DNA from: Minisyncoccota bacterium | GTDB lineage: Bacteria; Patescibacteriota; Minisyncoccia; Phycocordibacterales; UBA918 | Length of the DNA: 64,000 nt | Reading direction: 5' to 3' | NCBI GenBank assembly: GCA_041688155.1 | Contig: JBDNIW010000012.1 | Coordinates: forward strand, 202 to 64,201 | Part shown: in pieces, positions 1-9,965 of the stretch | Layout: the number at the start of each line of letters is the position of its first letter | How positions within the stretch are numbered: the stretch's first letter is position 1 | Made by a program: the position numbers and the translations under genes | The notes under the pieces: generated by a model | Seen by the model: only the letters and a program-made list of their open reading frames with translations | Told to the model about the DNA's origin: nothing | Database searches by the model: none

Positions 1-123
1 GGTGATGCTAAAGACCGCCTACAAGACACTGACGACGCGTTTGAAGATGAGGACTACGCCGAAGTGATGGAGCTGGTCGAAGAAGCCGAAAAACTGATTG
101 AAGAGGCGCTCGACGAACTCTAG
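1..123 (+). CDS. 3' end of an upstream gene (acidic C-terminus ...EEAEKLIEEALDEL*); product not identifiable
   Basis: Open frame entering from the window edge with a TAG stop at 121-123. Only ~40 residues are visible. Confidence 0.3.
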   Translation, partial: GDAKDRLQDTDDAFEDEDYAEVMELVEEAEKLIEEALDEL

Positions 124-139
124 AACCTAGAGCACGTCC

Positions 140-544
140 TTAGACCCCGGGTTTGCGAGAGCGCTGTGAGAATGAGAATTCTCGCAGCGCTTTTGTCTGT
201 TGCAGATGGGCAATGACGATGGCGGCAAAGACACCGTGCACGGCGACTTTCTGCACCCCTTGGCCGGTGATGATCAGCTCGCACCCACCAGCGAGTTCGA
301 CGACGGTAACAAACCGTTTGCCACCTTTACGCCGCGAAGCGGTGTTTATTTCACCGGGGGCAATCATTTTGATGCCGGGGATTTTGTATAGTTCGCGCAC
401 TACCAGCGTCGCGGTTTCGGTCAGGGTAGTGTGTTCTCGGCCACGGGGTTTGGGCATAGTAGAGTTAGCGTAGCATAGTTCATTGACTTTGTAGCGTAAT
501 TTGGTATTCTCATGCAGTTCCAACCTCATTGTTGTAGTGGTCAT
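140..544 (-). CDS. hypothetical small protein (134 aa; possible internal start MPKPRG...)
   Basis: ORF with ATG at 542-544 and no recognisable family. It lies between an unknown gene and rpsS, where rplB would normally sit. Confidence 0.3.
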   Translation of the reverse strand: MTTTTMRLELHENTKLRYKVNELCYANSTMPKPRGREHTTLTETATLVVRELYKIPGIKMIAPGEINTASRRKGGKRFVTVVELAGGCELIITGQGVQKVAVHGVFAAIVIAHLQQTKALREFSFSQRSRKPGV

Positions 545-703
545 ATCTAACCGCTACACAAGAAGTACAACCAAACAAACGAGGTTGGGAGCTTCTACTA
601 AGGCCGGCCGTTACCTGTCTTTATAAGAGGCTCCCATCAAGCGCGTCTACGACGCGCTGCAACTGGTTTAGACCAGGGTAGTCCAATAATTAAACAATTT
701 ACA

Positions 704-1033
704 ATGTCACGATCACTCTATAAAGGACCAAACGTTGACGAGAGAATTCTCGGAAAAATCGCCGGAAAAAAACCCGGAGAGAGTGGAGTCATTAAGATCT
801 GGAAGCGCGGATCGGTGATTTCACCAGAAATGGTAGGATTCACTTTTGGGATTCACAACGGACGCGAGCACCTTCCCGTCCTGATTGCCGAAGAAATGGT
901 AGGGCACAAGTTTGGTGAATTCTCACCGACCAAGAAGTTCCACCGCCACGGAGGTAAGATGCAGAAAGAACTAGAACAGAAAAAGAAAGAAGCTGAAATT
1001 TCAGCTGCCAAAGCTGCTAAGTCTGCTGGATAA
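704..1033 (+). CDS. rpsS: 30S ribosomal protein S19
   Basis: Translation MSRSLYKGPNVDERILGKI...GIHNGREHLPV... is typical S19. It has the conserved position ahead of rplV. Confidence 0.95.
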   Translation: MSRSLYKGPNVDERILGKIAGKKPGESGVIKIWKRGSVISPEMVGFTFGIHNGREHLPVLIAEEMVGHKFGEFSPTKKFHRHGGKMQKELEQKKKEAEISAAKAAKSAG

Positions 1034-1044
1034 TACAAAACTAT

Positions 1045-1371
1045 ATGAAAGCATTCCTCAAAAACTATCGCCAGTCACCCCGTAAGGTTCGCCTACTGGC
1101 TGACCTGGTGCGTGGCAAAAAAGTAGCCGAAGCCCTAACCACCCTACAGTTTGTCGACAAACGAGCAGCAGAACCATTTGCCAAAGTCATCAAATCAGCC
1201 GTAGCTAACGCTGCTGATCATGGGCATGACACCAACAATCTGATTGTCAAAACGGTTTCGGTCAACAAAGGTGTCACCTACAAACGAATGATGCCCCGAG
1301 CCCGTGGTTCAGCATCACGCATTAACAAACGTAACAGCCATATCCTCGTGGAGCTTGGCACTAAAAAATAA
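1045..1371 (+). CDS. rplV: 50S ribosomal protein L22
   Basis: Translation MKAFLKNYRQSPRKVRLLADLVRGKKVAEAL... matches L22. Operon order supports it. Confidence 0.93.
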   Translation: MKAFLKNYRQSPRKVRLLADLVRGKKVAEALTTLQFVDKRAAEPFAKVIKSAVANAADHGHDTNNLIVKTVSVNKGVTYKRMMPRARGSASRINKRNSHILVELGTKK

Positions 1372-1376
1372 TTGGT

Positions 1377-2090
1377 ATGACACACGTAGCTCATCCATAC
1401 ATTCAACGGATTGGTATCAACCGCGGCTGGAGAAGCCGTTGGTTCACGACTAGCCCAGCAAAGTTCCGAGAATACCTCCGGGTAGATGCGGCACTACGAA
1501 AAATGCTTAAGACTCGACTCAAAGGCATGTCAGTTGACGCCCTAGAGATTGAACGGAGCCAACAAGGAATCCGTCTGGTTATCAAAACTGCCAAGCCAGG
1601 TATTATCATCGGTCGCAGTGGTGAAGGAATCAACCTGCTCAAAAAAGACATCGATCTGTTTTTGCGTAAGCAAAAAATGAGCGAAGCGCTCGAACTCAAA
1701 ATCGACATCGAAGAAATCCGATCACCAGAATCATCAGCGCAGATTGTCGGACAAATGATTGCTGAAGGACTAGAAAAACGCATGACGTTCCGTCGCGTGA
1801 TGAAGCAAACTGCCGAAAAAGTGATGGCTAACCGTGACGTCGAAGGTGTCCGGATCATCCTGTCAGGTCGACTGGGAGGAACAGATATGGCCCGAAAAGA
1901 AGAAATTAAAAAAGGTCGAGTACCACTCCAAACCCTCCGAGCAGACATTGATTTTGCTCGGGTGGAAGCCAACTTGCCGTACGGCGTGTTGGGTATCAAA
2001 GTGTGGATCTACCGCGGCGAGGTATTTGCTGATCGAAAAGTCGGACAGCAAGACCAAGAAGCACGGCCAACTCATTCTCGTAACTCATAG
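1377..2090 (+). CDS. rpsC: 30S ribosomal protein S3
   Basis: 237 aa. KH and S3-C motifs are present (GIRLVIKTAKPGIIIGRSGEGI...). It sits between rplV and rplP. Confidence 0.95.
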   Translation: MTHVAHPYIQRIGINRGWRSRWFTTSPAKFREYLRVDAALRKMLKTRLKGMSVDALEIERSQQGIRLVIKTAKPGIIIGRSGEGINLLKKDIDLFLRKQKMSEALELKIDIEEIRSPESSAQIVGQMIAEGLEKRMTFRRVMKQTAEKVMANRDVEGVRIILSGRLGGTDMARKEEIKKGRVPLQTLRADIDFARVEANLPYGVLGIKVWIYRGEVFADRKVGQQDQEARPTHSRNS

Positions 2091-2093
2091 CGT

Positions 2094-2528
2094 ATGTTGT
2101 TTCCAAAAAAAGTAAAACACCGCAAGTGGCAAACACAGCGCAAAAGCGCAGCCAAACAACAGCTGCCTGATACCCGAGGTCTAACTGTCGCGTACGGTTC
2201 GTTTGGACTACGCGCAATGACTGGAACTCGTATCCGTTCAAACCAGATCGAAGCCGCGCGTCGAGTTATTTCTCGCACCATGGGTAAAGCTGGTAAATCG
2301 TGGATTCGAATCTTTCCTGATCGTCCGGTGACGAGAAAGGCGGCTGAGGTTCCCATGGGTAAGGGTAAAGGGGATCCTGATCACTTCGTGTTTGAAGTGC
2401 GACCGGGTCGAATCCTGTTTGAAATCGACGGCGTGTCAGAAGAAATCGCTCGTGAAGCAATGCGAAAAGCTACCGCCAAATTACCAGTCAACACCAAATT
2501 CGTGCGTCGGGAGGACACCCGCGTGTAA
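2094..2528 (+). CDS. rplP: 50S ribosomal protein L16
   Basis: Translation MLFPKKVKHRKWQTQRK...RIRSNQIEAARR... matches L16. Confidence 0.95.
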   Translation: MLFPKKVKHRKWQTQRKSAAKQQLPDTRGLTVAYGSFGLRAMTGTRIRSNQIEAARRVISRTMGKAGKSWIRIFPDRPVTRKAAEVPMGKGKGDPDHFVFEVRPGRILFEIDGVSEEIAREAMRKATAKLPVNTKFVRREDTRV

Positions 2529-2533
2529 TCACA

Positions 2534-2740
2534 TTGCTTATGACAAACATGCAAGACATCCGGAACAAGTCTGACCAAGAACTCGTTGAGTTCACCCAAG
2601 CTGGTCGAGACGTGGTCCGAGGAGAACGATTCAAAGATAAGTTCAGCAAAACGGCGCACGTGATTCACACCAACAAGAAAGACGTCGCGCGCGCATTGAC
2701 CGAGTTGAACGCTCGCCGCAATAAGACCGCAACCAACTAG
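2534..2740 (+). CDS. rpmC: 50S ribosomal protein L29
   Basis: 68 aa basic coiled-coil protein between rplP and rpsQ. Confidence 0.85.
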   Translation: MLMTNMQDIRNKSDQELVEFTQAGRDVVRGERFKDKFSKTAHVIHTNKKDVARALTELNARRNKTATN

Positions 2741-2743
2741 CCT

Positions 2744-2998
2744 ATGACAACATCTATTACAACCAGCAACGGTCGTACGCTCAAAGGTACCGTGGTAGCA
2801 GCCAAAATGGTTGATACCTGTACCGTGGCCGTAGAACGATACGTCAAACACCCCAAGTACAAAAAGTTCCTCAAACGAACCAGTAAATTCCTCGTGCATG
2901 ACGCCGGGAACACTGCGGTCGTCGGAGACAAAGTAGAAATCACTGAGTGCCGACCAATCTCAAAACGTAAAAGCTTCACGCTCGTAACTACCAAATAA
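2744..2998 (+). CDS. rpsQ: 30S ribosomal protein S17
   Basis: Translation ...[31 protein letters not shown]... matches S17. Confidence 0.93.
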   Translation: MTTSITTSNGRTLKGTVVAAKMVDTCTVAVERYVKHPKYKKFLKRTSKFLVHDAGNTAVVGDKVEITECRPISKRKSFTLVTTK

Positions 2999-2999
2999 T

Positions 3000-3371
3000 A
3001 TGATTCAGCCACAAACAATCGTAAAAATCACTGACAACTCAGGAGCCAAGAGTGGTCGAGTGTTCAAAGTGCTCGGTGGATCAAAAAAGCGGTACGCAGA
3101 GCTTGGAGAAATGGTCGTCCTCGCAGTTCAGACAGCTGAGCCACGCAAGCAGGTCAAGAAAAAAGACGTGGTGTACGGAGTAGTCGTGCGACAGCGCAAA
3201 GCCTTCCGTCGCAAAGACGGATCATACGTATCATTTGACGACAATGCCGTAGTGCTTGTCGACAAAGAAAAGAAAGAACCGCGCGCTAACCGCGTGTTTG
3301 GTCCAATCCCACGAGAACTGTCAGAAGCTGGTTACCAGAAGATCGTTTCTCTAGCCCCAGAAGTGGTTTAA
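3000..3371 (+). CDS. rplN: 50S ribosomal protein L14
   Basis: Translation MIQPQTIVKITDNSGAK...VVRQRKAFRRKDGSY... matches L14. Confidence 0.95.
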   Translation: MIQPQTIVKITDNSGAKSGRVFKVLGGSKKRYAELGEMVVLAVQTAEPRKQVKKKDVVYGVVVRQRKAFRRKDGSYVSFDDNAVVLVDKEKKEPRANRVFGPIPRELSEAGYQKIVSLAPEVV

Positions 3372-3511
3372 AAGTCTAAAATTGGCGCATTGCTGCGTTG
3401 TTGCGCAAAAGAAATGTAGTCAACGTATAAAAATACGTCTTCCAAATTTCTTTCGCTTACGTCTTGCACTGCACACAATTTAAAACTTTTAACAATCAAA
3501 ATGAAATCATT

Positions 3512-3811
3512 ATGAAAATCAAACAAGGAGATACAGTGAAAGTAATCGCTGGTAAAGACAAAGGAAAAACTGGGTCTGTGTTAGCTATTCACAAAGTAAC
3601 CAACCAAGTGACTATCGAGGGCCTCAACGTGTCTAAGCGACACCAAAAAGCCACACGAAAAGGATCAGCTGGACAGATCATCGAGAAAAGCATGCCGCTT
3701 AACGCTTCAAACGTTGCGTTGATGGAAGGTGACAAAACCATCCGTGCTGGCTATGCCGTGAAGGACGGCAAAAAAGTCCGCATCTCTCGGCAGTCAGGGA
3801 ACACTATTTAA
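3512..3811 (+). CDS. rplX: 50S ribosomal protein L24 (start taken at MKIKQGDTVKV)
   Basis: KOW motif KQGDTVKVIAGKDKGKTG. The track ORF starts upstream at 3464, but the conserved N-terminus begins at 3512. Confidence 0.9.
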   Translation: MKIKQGDTVKVIAGKDKGKTGSVLAIHKVTNQVTIEGLNVSKRHQKATRKGSAGQIIEKSMPLNASNVALMEGDKTIRAGYAVKDGKKVRISRQSGNTI

Positions 3812-3839
3812 TTAACATTGTCAGGTAACACTAAAGAGT

Positions 3840-4394
3840 ATGGAAACACTACAGACTCGCCTCGCATCAGTCTACGAATCTTTGAAAGGAGATTTTGGAT
3901 ACAAGAATGTGAACGAAGCGCCCACCCTTGAAAAAGTCGTGGTATCAGTTGGAACTGGTCGAATCGAAGACAAAGCCAAAATTGCGTTGATCCAAGATCG
4001 ACTAGCGCTCATCACCGGGCAAAAAGCGTCACCCAGGCCAGCGCGGCTATCAATCGCTGCGTTCAAATTGCGTGAAGGCGATATCGTCGGGTACCAGGTT
4101 ACCCTACGTGGGCCTCGAATGCGTGACTTTATGAACAAGTTGATTCACGTAGCGCTACCCCAAACCCGTGACTTTCGCGGACTAAAAGTAACCTCAATCG
4201 ACGAAATGGGGAACTACACCCTTGGGATCAAGGAACACACTATTTTCCCCGAGACAGCCGATGAGGACATCCGCGATGTGTTCGGGATGTCAATCACCAT
4301 CGTAACCACCGCCACCAGTAAACCAGAAGCCGAAGCTCTACTGCGACACATCGGCATGCCGTTGCAAAAAGTAGAGACAAAAGCGAAAGCTTAG
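3840..4394 (+). CDS. rplE: 50S ribosomal protein L5
   Basis: 184 aa. The sequence ...YKNVNEAPTLEKVVVSVGTG... is typical L5. Confidence 0.95.
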   Translation: METLQTRLASVYESLKGDFGYKNVNEAPTLEKVVVSVGTGRIEDKAKIALIQDRLALITGQKASPRPARLSIAAFKLREGDIVGYQVTLRGPRMRDFMNKLIHVALPQTRDFRGLKVTSIDEMGNYTLGIKEHTIFPETADEDIRDVFGMSITIVTTATSKPEAEALLRHIGMPLQKVETKAKA

Positions 4395-4464
4395 ATAGAT
4401 ACTTTTAAAATAGTAGTCTACTTCATTCAAAAAATATTGTTTGGACAGGAAAAGCGAATTTACT

Positions 4465-4492
4465 AAAAAGCAGGCGAATACGCCTGCTTTTT
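4465..4492. terminator. rho-independent-type hairpin (aaaaagcaggcg-aata-cgcctgcttttt), bidirectional
   Basis: Perfect GC-rich inverted repeat flanked by A and T runs. It separates rplE from the convergent island gene. Confidence 0.7.
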
Positions 4493-4544
4493 AGTTGTAT
4501 AAACAACTTTGAATACAAGCTGTATTATTTCTCGTCCCAGCGTT

Positions 4545-6026
4545 TCAGCGCGATAAAGGTAATTCAAAAATAAGACTGGTATCTTCATTGTAGTTAGCCT
4601 GGGCAATTAAGTTGCCCTCAGCATCAAACACCACTGATGGTCCAGATCTGGTAGCCCGAATGACTACTTTACGATGCTGTGTTGCGTACAGCCTGGCCTT
4701 TGTAGCATTGAAAGTGCTAGGTATTTCGTTTGAAAACATCGCTTCTGACCCTATTGAAAGCAATAGGTCTGATTGGTCCAGTTGCTTGGCTATGTGATCG
4801 GCGTTTGTTATCTCAGAGCAGATTGCATTTCCAATTACGAAATCACCAATTATAACAGGGGCTGTGTCTATGCCTGGCGTCGCATCAATCGGGGTGCTGT
4901 TCAGGCCAATATTTTGTGCCCAAAGAGGCGTATAATCAAAAAAAGGAAATAGATTTGCTTTTTGGTACGTAGCAATAACTTCGCCGTCTTGCCAATATAC
5001 GGTTTCATTAAAAAATTGACCTTCAGTGTACCTCGTATACCAAGTCACAAATATTATTTCAGGTGCCACGTGTTCTCGTAGCCAAGAACTAAATTGTAGG
5101 TGTGTAACTGTGATTATTTGTCGATCGAAAGTAAGGTTATCGTCACTACTTACACCCAATACTCCTGACCAAGGATTGAATGGATATATGATCATGTCCA
5201 ATTTGTGTTCTGACAAGTCAGCTAATTTTGCTTCTAATCTAGGAAAAGCAAACTGTCTGTCAATGACCTTGCCAAAAGCTTCGTTCTGATCAGCAGTTGG
5301 GTCTTGAATGATTGCAATTTTGAGACTCGCATTTTGTAATGGTGACAAACTGGGGCTACTTGAAACTATTGTACCCAACAGCCCAGCCACTACTATTCCA
5401 CATAAAAAAGAAAGAACCTGTTTACCTTTCCAGGGCTGAGTTTGAATTGCTTCGGCCAGAAGTGCATTTATAAAAACAACACCTAATATGTACCATTCAG
5501 CTGCATGTGAAGTGAATTGTGACGGTAGGGCAGAGACAAGTTCAACTGCTACATACACAAAAGAACCGTAGTTGAAGCCATATAAAATATACGAGAGTAA
5601 GACATCAACGCCTGCAAAAGTACAAAAAATACCAACCCTCACCCACCAGATAGATACAGGGAGTAGTTTTGTTTTAAGAAGCCAAATACCAGTACCCCAT
5701 AGTAGAGACATGATTATGGCTAGGAGTACTATGCCGATACCAACTGCATACATGAACCAGGTGAAAAGTACGGCCTCGTTAAGCCAAGAGAATCCGCTCA
5801 TAGTAACGCCTGTAGTGTAGCCAGCAAAAACCACGGCGTACATACCAACTCCAATAAGTATTTTGTACAAAGATGGTGTGTTAAATATATATATGTAGAG
5901 AGGTATAAGTGCAACAAAACCAAGTGCTGTAAAGTTGAAAGGTGGCAGGGAAATGATAGACGCTAAAGCAGCTATGACAGGGAGTGTAAAAGACGAGCGG
6001 TTGTGCATATGGGTTAAAGAGTACAA
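4545..6026 (-). CDS. apolipoprotein N-acyltransferase (Lnt)-like protein: polytopic N-terminal membrane domain plus C-terminal CN-hydrolase domain
   Basis: 493 aa. The N-terminal half is hydrophobic (LPPF..., many TM segments). The C-terminal half has nitrilase/CN-hydrolase features including GNAICSE (catalytic Cys context, as in the ICYE of Lnt). Confidence 0.65.
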   Translation of the reverse strand: MYSLTHMHNRSSFTLPVIAALASIISLPPFNFTALGFVALIPLYIYIFNTPSLYKILIGVGMYAVVFAGYTTGVTMSGFSWLNEAVLFTWFMYAVGIGIVLLAIIMSLLWGTGIWLLKTKLLPVSIWWVRVGIFCTFAGVDVLLSYILYGFNYGSFVYVAVELVSALPSQFTSHAAEWYILGVVFINALLAEAIQTQPWKGKQVLSFLCGIVVAGLLGTIVSSSPSLSPLQNASLKIAIIQDPTADQNEAFGKVIDRQFAFPRLEAKLADLSEHKLDMIIYPFNPWSGVLGVSSDDNLTFDRQIITVTHLQFSSWLREHVAPEIIFVTWYTRYTEGQFFNETVYWQDGEVIATYQKANLFPFFDYTPLWAQNIGLNSTPIDATPGIDTAPVIIGDFVIGNAICSEITNADHIAKQLDQSDLLLSIGSEAMFSNEIPSTFNATKARLYATQHRKVVIRATRSGPSVVFDAEGNLIAQANYNEDTSLIFELPLSR

Positions 6027-7219
6027 ATTAGAGAGCGACGCTTATTGCCAATTACCGATAAAGAACCCACCGGCTGCACGTGTACTGTTGCAATAAGGTC
6101 ATCTTGAATTGCTTTACGCAGCGAATAGTCTTTTGCTAGATACAACTTATTTAGCACATGTTCAGACAACAGGTTTGCACCACCACAGCGCGTGACACTA
6201 TCTTGCAATATTTCCAGTCGAAAATTAATATCATTACCTGTTCCAGACTCAACGTGGAGTTGGTATTCATCGGCTTTGAGGCTTGCTGCAGCGCAGCACT
6301 CGTCAAGGGTGCCTGCTCGTAATTCGAAGCCAGCTACTCTAACCACGTCCACCCCATTTCGTCCGTTGAGTTCAAGTATAGGCATTTGGGTTGACTCATC
6401 TCTACCTGAGATCGAAAAATAATCTCCTGTGCGGTATCTAATGAGTGGAAAAGCGGGATTACTATCGTATGTTATGACGAGTTCATCGTCAATTAACTCT
6501 GTAGCAATAAGTGCACTCTGATTAGGAACAAACCCAGTTTGATTGTTTGTAATCATGTCTTGAGTTGGACCTAGTATAAATTGACCAACCTCTGCTGATG
6601 CATACATGTTTATGATTTTTGCAAAAGGGTAGTGCGATCGAAGTTGCTTCATGATGGTATCATTACTCAACTCGGAAGCTACCACAAGTAGTTTAATGTT
6701 TGCTGTTGAGCATTGTGTTGCAAACCGTAATGCAATAGTTGGTGTAGCAAAAAGAGCATCGCAGTTGAATTTTTTTAGTAGCGCTGCACTGGTGGATAAA
6801 TTACTAATATCACCAAATACTGGCACAAGCCCAGAGTTTGACTGACGACACTGCTGGATGAAAGATGCACTAAAACTTTTGAGTAGTGGTTGATATAAGA
6901 TCAGGGCTCGATTGACAGGTAAATTAAAAGCAGGATTAAAATAGTAATCTTCGACTTGACCAAAAAAGAGTAACAAAGGATTTCCGCTTGAAGTTCCCGA
7001 CGTGTAAGCCGTGAACACAAGTTGATCGGCGGGGACATAACAACGTTCATCCGGTGAAGTCTTAGCAATTTCACTACGGGTCAGGAATGGTAAATCAGCG
7101 AGTGCTGCTATATCAGTGGTTAGATATTTGTTCCTGTAAAAATTGGAATATGTTGTGCTTGAGACTCGCCCAAGCAGAGCTCGCAGCCGTTCAGTATCGC
7201 AGTGCAAAAGCATTGTCAT
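6014..7219 (-). CDS. PaaK-like adenylate-forming enzyme (phenylacetate-CoA ligase / F390-synthetase family)
   Basis: TSGTSSGNP P-loop-like motif and YRTGD adenylation motif (LIRYRTGDYF). 401 aa. It overlaps the Lnt-like gene by 13 nt, so the two are probably co-transcribed. Confidence 0.6.
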   Translation of the reverse strand: MTMLLHCDTERLRALLGRVSSTTYSNFYRNKYLTTDIAALADLPFLTRSEIAKTSPDERCYVPADQLVFTAYTSGTSSGNPLLLFFGQVEDYYFNPAFNLPVNRALILYQPLLKSFSASFIQQCRQSNSGLVPVFGDISNLSTSAALLKKFNCDALFATPTIALRFATQCSTANIKLLVVASELSNDTIMKQLRSHYPFAKIINMYASAEVGQFILGPTQDMITNNQTGFVPNQSALIATELIDDELVITYDSNPAFPLIRYRTGDYFSISGRDESTQMPILELNGRNGVDVVRVAGFELRAGTLDECCAAASLKADEYQLHVESGTGNDINFRLEILQDSVTRCGGANLLSEHVLNKLYLAKDYSLRKAIQDDLIATVHVQPVGSLSVIGNKRRSLICTL

Positions 7220-7258
7220 ATTGTACCAAAATTAGCGTTATTTTGGTACAATAAAGGT

Positions 7259-7789
7259 ATGCAAACACTCTTGTTCGGTATTCTTATAACTGCAATCTGG
7301 ATTTTTATCTGGATTGATTTAGCTAGGTGCTCAGATTCAAACCGCAAGGCACTGCCAGAGAATACGAACATCAAAGTGGTGGGTGTTATTCTTCTGGTTG
7401 CTATTGCTTGTTTTTACACTGCGCTTTACTCAGTTTCATCTTATATATATCTCGCTCCTTTGTACGCACAATTTGTTTGCGTTGGATTACTCTTCTGCGG
7501 AGCCTATCTTGTTGTAGGGGCAAGAAGGCAAATGTCAGCACTCACGGCAAGAGAGGTTTTGTTTTCTGTGAATACAAAATATTCAGTCGGTGGCGTGTTT
7601 CAAAAATTTACCCACCCAATGTTTTTTGGTATCGCTATCATTTTGATTTCTAGCTGGTGTTTACTCCCAAATATTATACCGGGTGTACTTTTATTAATAT
7701 CACTGGCATTACTGTGCGTAAAAGCAGCGCTTGAGACAAGTGAACTTAGGAAACAATTGAATTTACGAGAACCAGGTATTGATCAGTAA
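7259..7789 (+). CDS. ICMT/PEMT-family membrane methyltransferase-like protein
   Basis: Polytopic membrane protein. The C-terminal motif YSVGGVFQKFTHPMFFG resembles the RHPxY.G motif of isoprenylcysteine carboxyl methyltransferases. The track ORF starts at 7202, but the likelier start is MQTLLFG. Confidence 0.5.
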   Translation: MQTLLFGILITAIWIFIWIDLARCSDSNRKALPENTNIKVVGVILLVAIACFYTALYSVSSYIYLAPLYAQFVCVGLLFCGAYLVVGARRQMSALTAREVLFSVNTKYSVGGVFQKFTHPMFFGIAIILISSWCLLPNIIPGVLLLISLALLCVKAALETSELRKQLNLREPGIDQ

Positions 7790-8537
7790 CTAGACGTGAC
7801 TGTTCGTTTGCTTGTAATGTAACAATATCGATTTCATCAAGTAAATCTTGATTAGGAATATTACCCGTAAGCGTTTGATCTAGTAAGTCCATAAGTTTAA
7901 TCACCAATTCAGAGTACTTAAGAGTTTCTGTTTCCAAGATGAATATCTGAGATTTTATCGTGTCAGCAACTATGTCAGAATTTCTGGCATACGTAGCTAG
8001 ATTTGTTGTGGCAAGATTAGTTGACGCTGCATACTCTCTGGACGCACTAACTTCAACTTGTGCATTATTTAATATTGCAAAAAAACCAACAAAATTTCCA
8101 GAAAGTGCTTTCTGCTGTACTAATTCCATTGTTGTCTGTACATCACTGAATAGCTTTTGGTTGAGAAGATCATTTTCTGTTGAGGCTACCTCTAAGAGGT
8201 TGACAAAATCCGGCGTTACCTGACTAGAAGCGGTGATGGTCAGCTGATTCACTGAGGATCGCGTGTTAGTCGTTATTCCTCCTTCTGGTCTGGTTGGAAA
8301 TTGTAGAGCATCTCTATCAGCTTGTGTGGGAACTGAGCCAAAAGTTGGTCTTTCGAGTACCGCATCCTCTAGCAGTTGTTCGAGTTGGGTGATACGGTTC
8401 TCCAGTTTTAAATTTGTTAACTCGACCTGCCCGCGATAAATAAATGTTTGTAGTGTGAACAAGAGTCCACTTATTAATATTCCAGCAGTAAATGCAGCAA
8501 TTATTTTTATCATCATATACTTGTAACTATACATCAT
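7746..8537 (-). CDS. hypothetical membrane-anchored coiled-coil protein
   Basis: N-terminal TM helix followed by a long low-complexity, coiled-coil-like region. No family recognised. Confidence 0.4.
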   Translation of the reverse strand: MMYSYKYMMIKIIAAFTAGILISGLLFTLQTFIYRGQVELTNLKLENRITQLEQLLEDAVLERPTFGSVPTQADRDALQFPTRPEGGITTNTRSSVNQLTITASSQVTPDFVNLLEVASTENDLLNQKLFSDVQTTMELVQQKALSGNFVGFFAILNNAQVEVSASREYAASTNLATTNLATYARNSDIVADTIKSQIFILETETLKYSELVIKLMDLLDQTLTGNIPNQDLLDEIDIVTLQANEQSRLVTDQYLVLVNSIVS

Positions 8538-8694
8538 TTTTTATTCCAGATACTAGTAATTAACAAATTGCCAATAAACACACGATTTAGTCGCGTATTA
8601 ATTTTGTTAATACGGAGATGGTATACTAAATTAGTCGATAGTTCGGTTAAAAGAATTCCAAAGTTTATGCAAAGGCATCTGATATAATTAAAAC

Positions 8695-9315
8695 ATGTTT
8701 TCACAAGTATCTAATAGTTTAAAAAAAAGTGTTGTTGTTGTTGTGATGGTCGCAATGCTTACTTTTTCAGTACCAAAAGAGTCGGAAGCCATTTTGTTGC
8801 TGCTGTTCGCACCGCTTACTATCGGTGCTACAGTTGCTCTCATTATTACTGAGATAGCAATTCTTTGTGCAGTAGGTGTGATTTGTGGAGGTGGGGGTGG
8901 GGGTGGCACGATAGGCGGAGGTCCAGGTAGTGCTTTTGTCGGTGATTCTTGTTCAGCTTCTAATTATTGCGGTCAAACCGGTGCTGGAACAGTTCAAAGT
9001 GATGGTTTTTGTACTGCATTACCGCCGCCAAATAGTGCGTGTACCAATGGATCGTTTCCAGATGATGCGCTAACAATAAACCCAGGTTTGGTAAGGATAG
9101 GTGATGATGTTGTAGTTAGTTATGATGTAGGTGTTTTTAACTATCCACCAAACTGTACTTTGAGTGGACCTGCCCCAATTGGGGTCATGCCTCTTACTAC
9201 ACAAACTGGCAGTTTGACAGTGACTGCATCAGCTGCGCACTTCTTTAGGCTTGAGTGTGGTACAACAAATGCGGAAGCAAAACTAGACTTGGTTGGTATT
9301 ATTCAAGAGATTTAA
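8695..9315 (+). CDS. hypothetical secreted/membrane protein with a Gly7 run and a Cys-rich ectodomain
   Basis: ATG start. N-terminal signal-like segment, then a TM helix, then GGGGGGG, then multiple Cys (CSASNYC, CTALPPPNSAC, ...). Confidence 0.45.
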   Translation: MFSQVSNSLKKSVVVVVMVAMLTFSVPKESEAILLLLFAPLTIGATVALIITEIAILCAVGVICGGGGGGGTIGGGPGSAFVGDSCSASNYCGQTGAGTVQSDGFCTALPPPNSACTNGSFPDDALTINPGLVRIGDDVVVSYDVGVFNYPPNCTLSGPAPIGVMPLTTQTGSLTVTASAAHFFRLECGTTNAEAKLDLVGIIQEI

Positions 9316-9336
9316 AAATTAATAAATCCAGATACA

Positions 9337-9840
9337 ATGAATAATGTCACAAACAATAACGTCTTTGCTTCATTTCGAGACAGCAAGACAAAAACACTTA
9401 AACTACGATTCTTGTTGGTGATTGTGTTTGGGTTCTTCTTCTATAGTGCTGGCATTTATATCTTACTTCGGGGGCTCTCAACGATTATGTTGGCTGAACA
9501 AGTAACCTTATTAAATTTTCTCCACTTATTTGCAACGGCGATACCGCCATTATTGATTGGATTCGGTTTACTAACTCTCAGGCATTGGTCAATATATGTA
9601 CTTGTTGCACACGTCACTCTGGCGGCACTTTCAGTACTTCCTTTATGGTACTTCGGTCTAAGTGAGTTGATTAGTAGTACCTTATCTAACAATTTGGTGA
9701 TTTTAGCTATTTTATTAGTCATGATTTCGCTTTCTTCGGAGTTGTACAAATCACGATACGGCATACTTCTCACAGTACTGTACGTATTGCTGCTGACTGT
9801 GACAAGTGGAACGCAGATATACTATCGATTGCAACTTTAA
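9337..9840 (+). CDS. hypothetical integral membrane protein (about 5 TM)
   Basis: Hydrophobic ORF that follows directly downstream of 8695..9315. Confidence 0.4.
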   Translation: MNNVTNNNVFASFRDSKTKTLKLRFLLVIVFGFFFYSAGIYILLRGLSTIMLAEQVTLLNFLHLFATAIPPLLIGFGLLTLRHWSIYVLVAHVTLAALSVLPLWYFGLSELISSTLSNNLVILAILLVMISLSSELYKSRYGILLTVLYVLLLTVTSGTQIYYRLQL

Positions 9841-9965
9841 AGTAGTTTTACCGGACAGTTTTTACCTTTGAAGCGTATTAAACAAGGTGTTACTTTATAA
9901 TATTGGATTAGTGCTAGTACTGATTTGATGATGTAACATTATATTATGTGTGCTATAAAGACAGA

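Noticed and set aside
153-473. + strand ORFs (106 and 63 aa) overlapping the minus-strand 134-aa ORF
   Set aside because: No start or SD context and no recognisable family. Neither strand is well supported, and the minus-strand ORF is kept only as a low-confidence call.
1403-2899. Long antisense ORFs (198, 94 and 172 aa) inside rpsC, rplP, rpmC and rpsQ
   Set aside because: They lie entirely within high-confidence ribosomal protein genes on the opposite strand. The compositional bias of the basic r-proteins is the likely cause.
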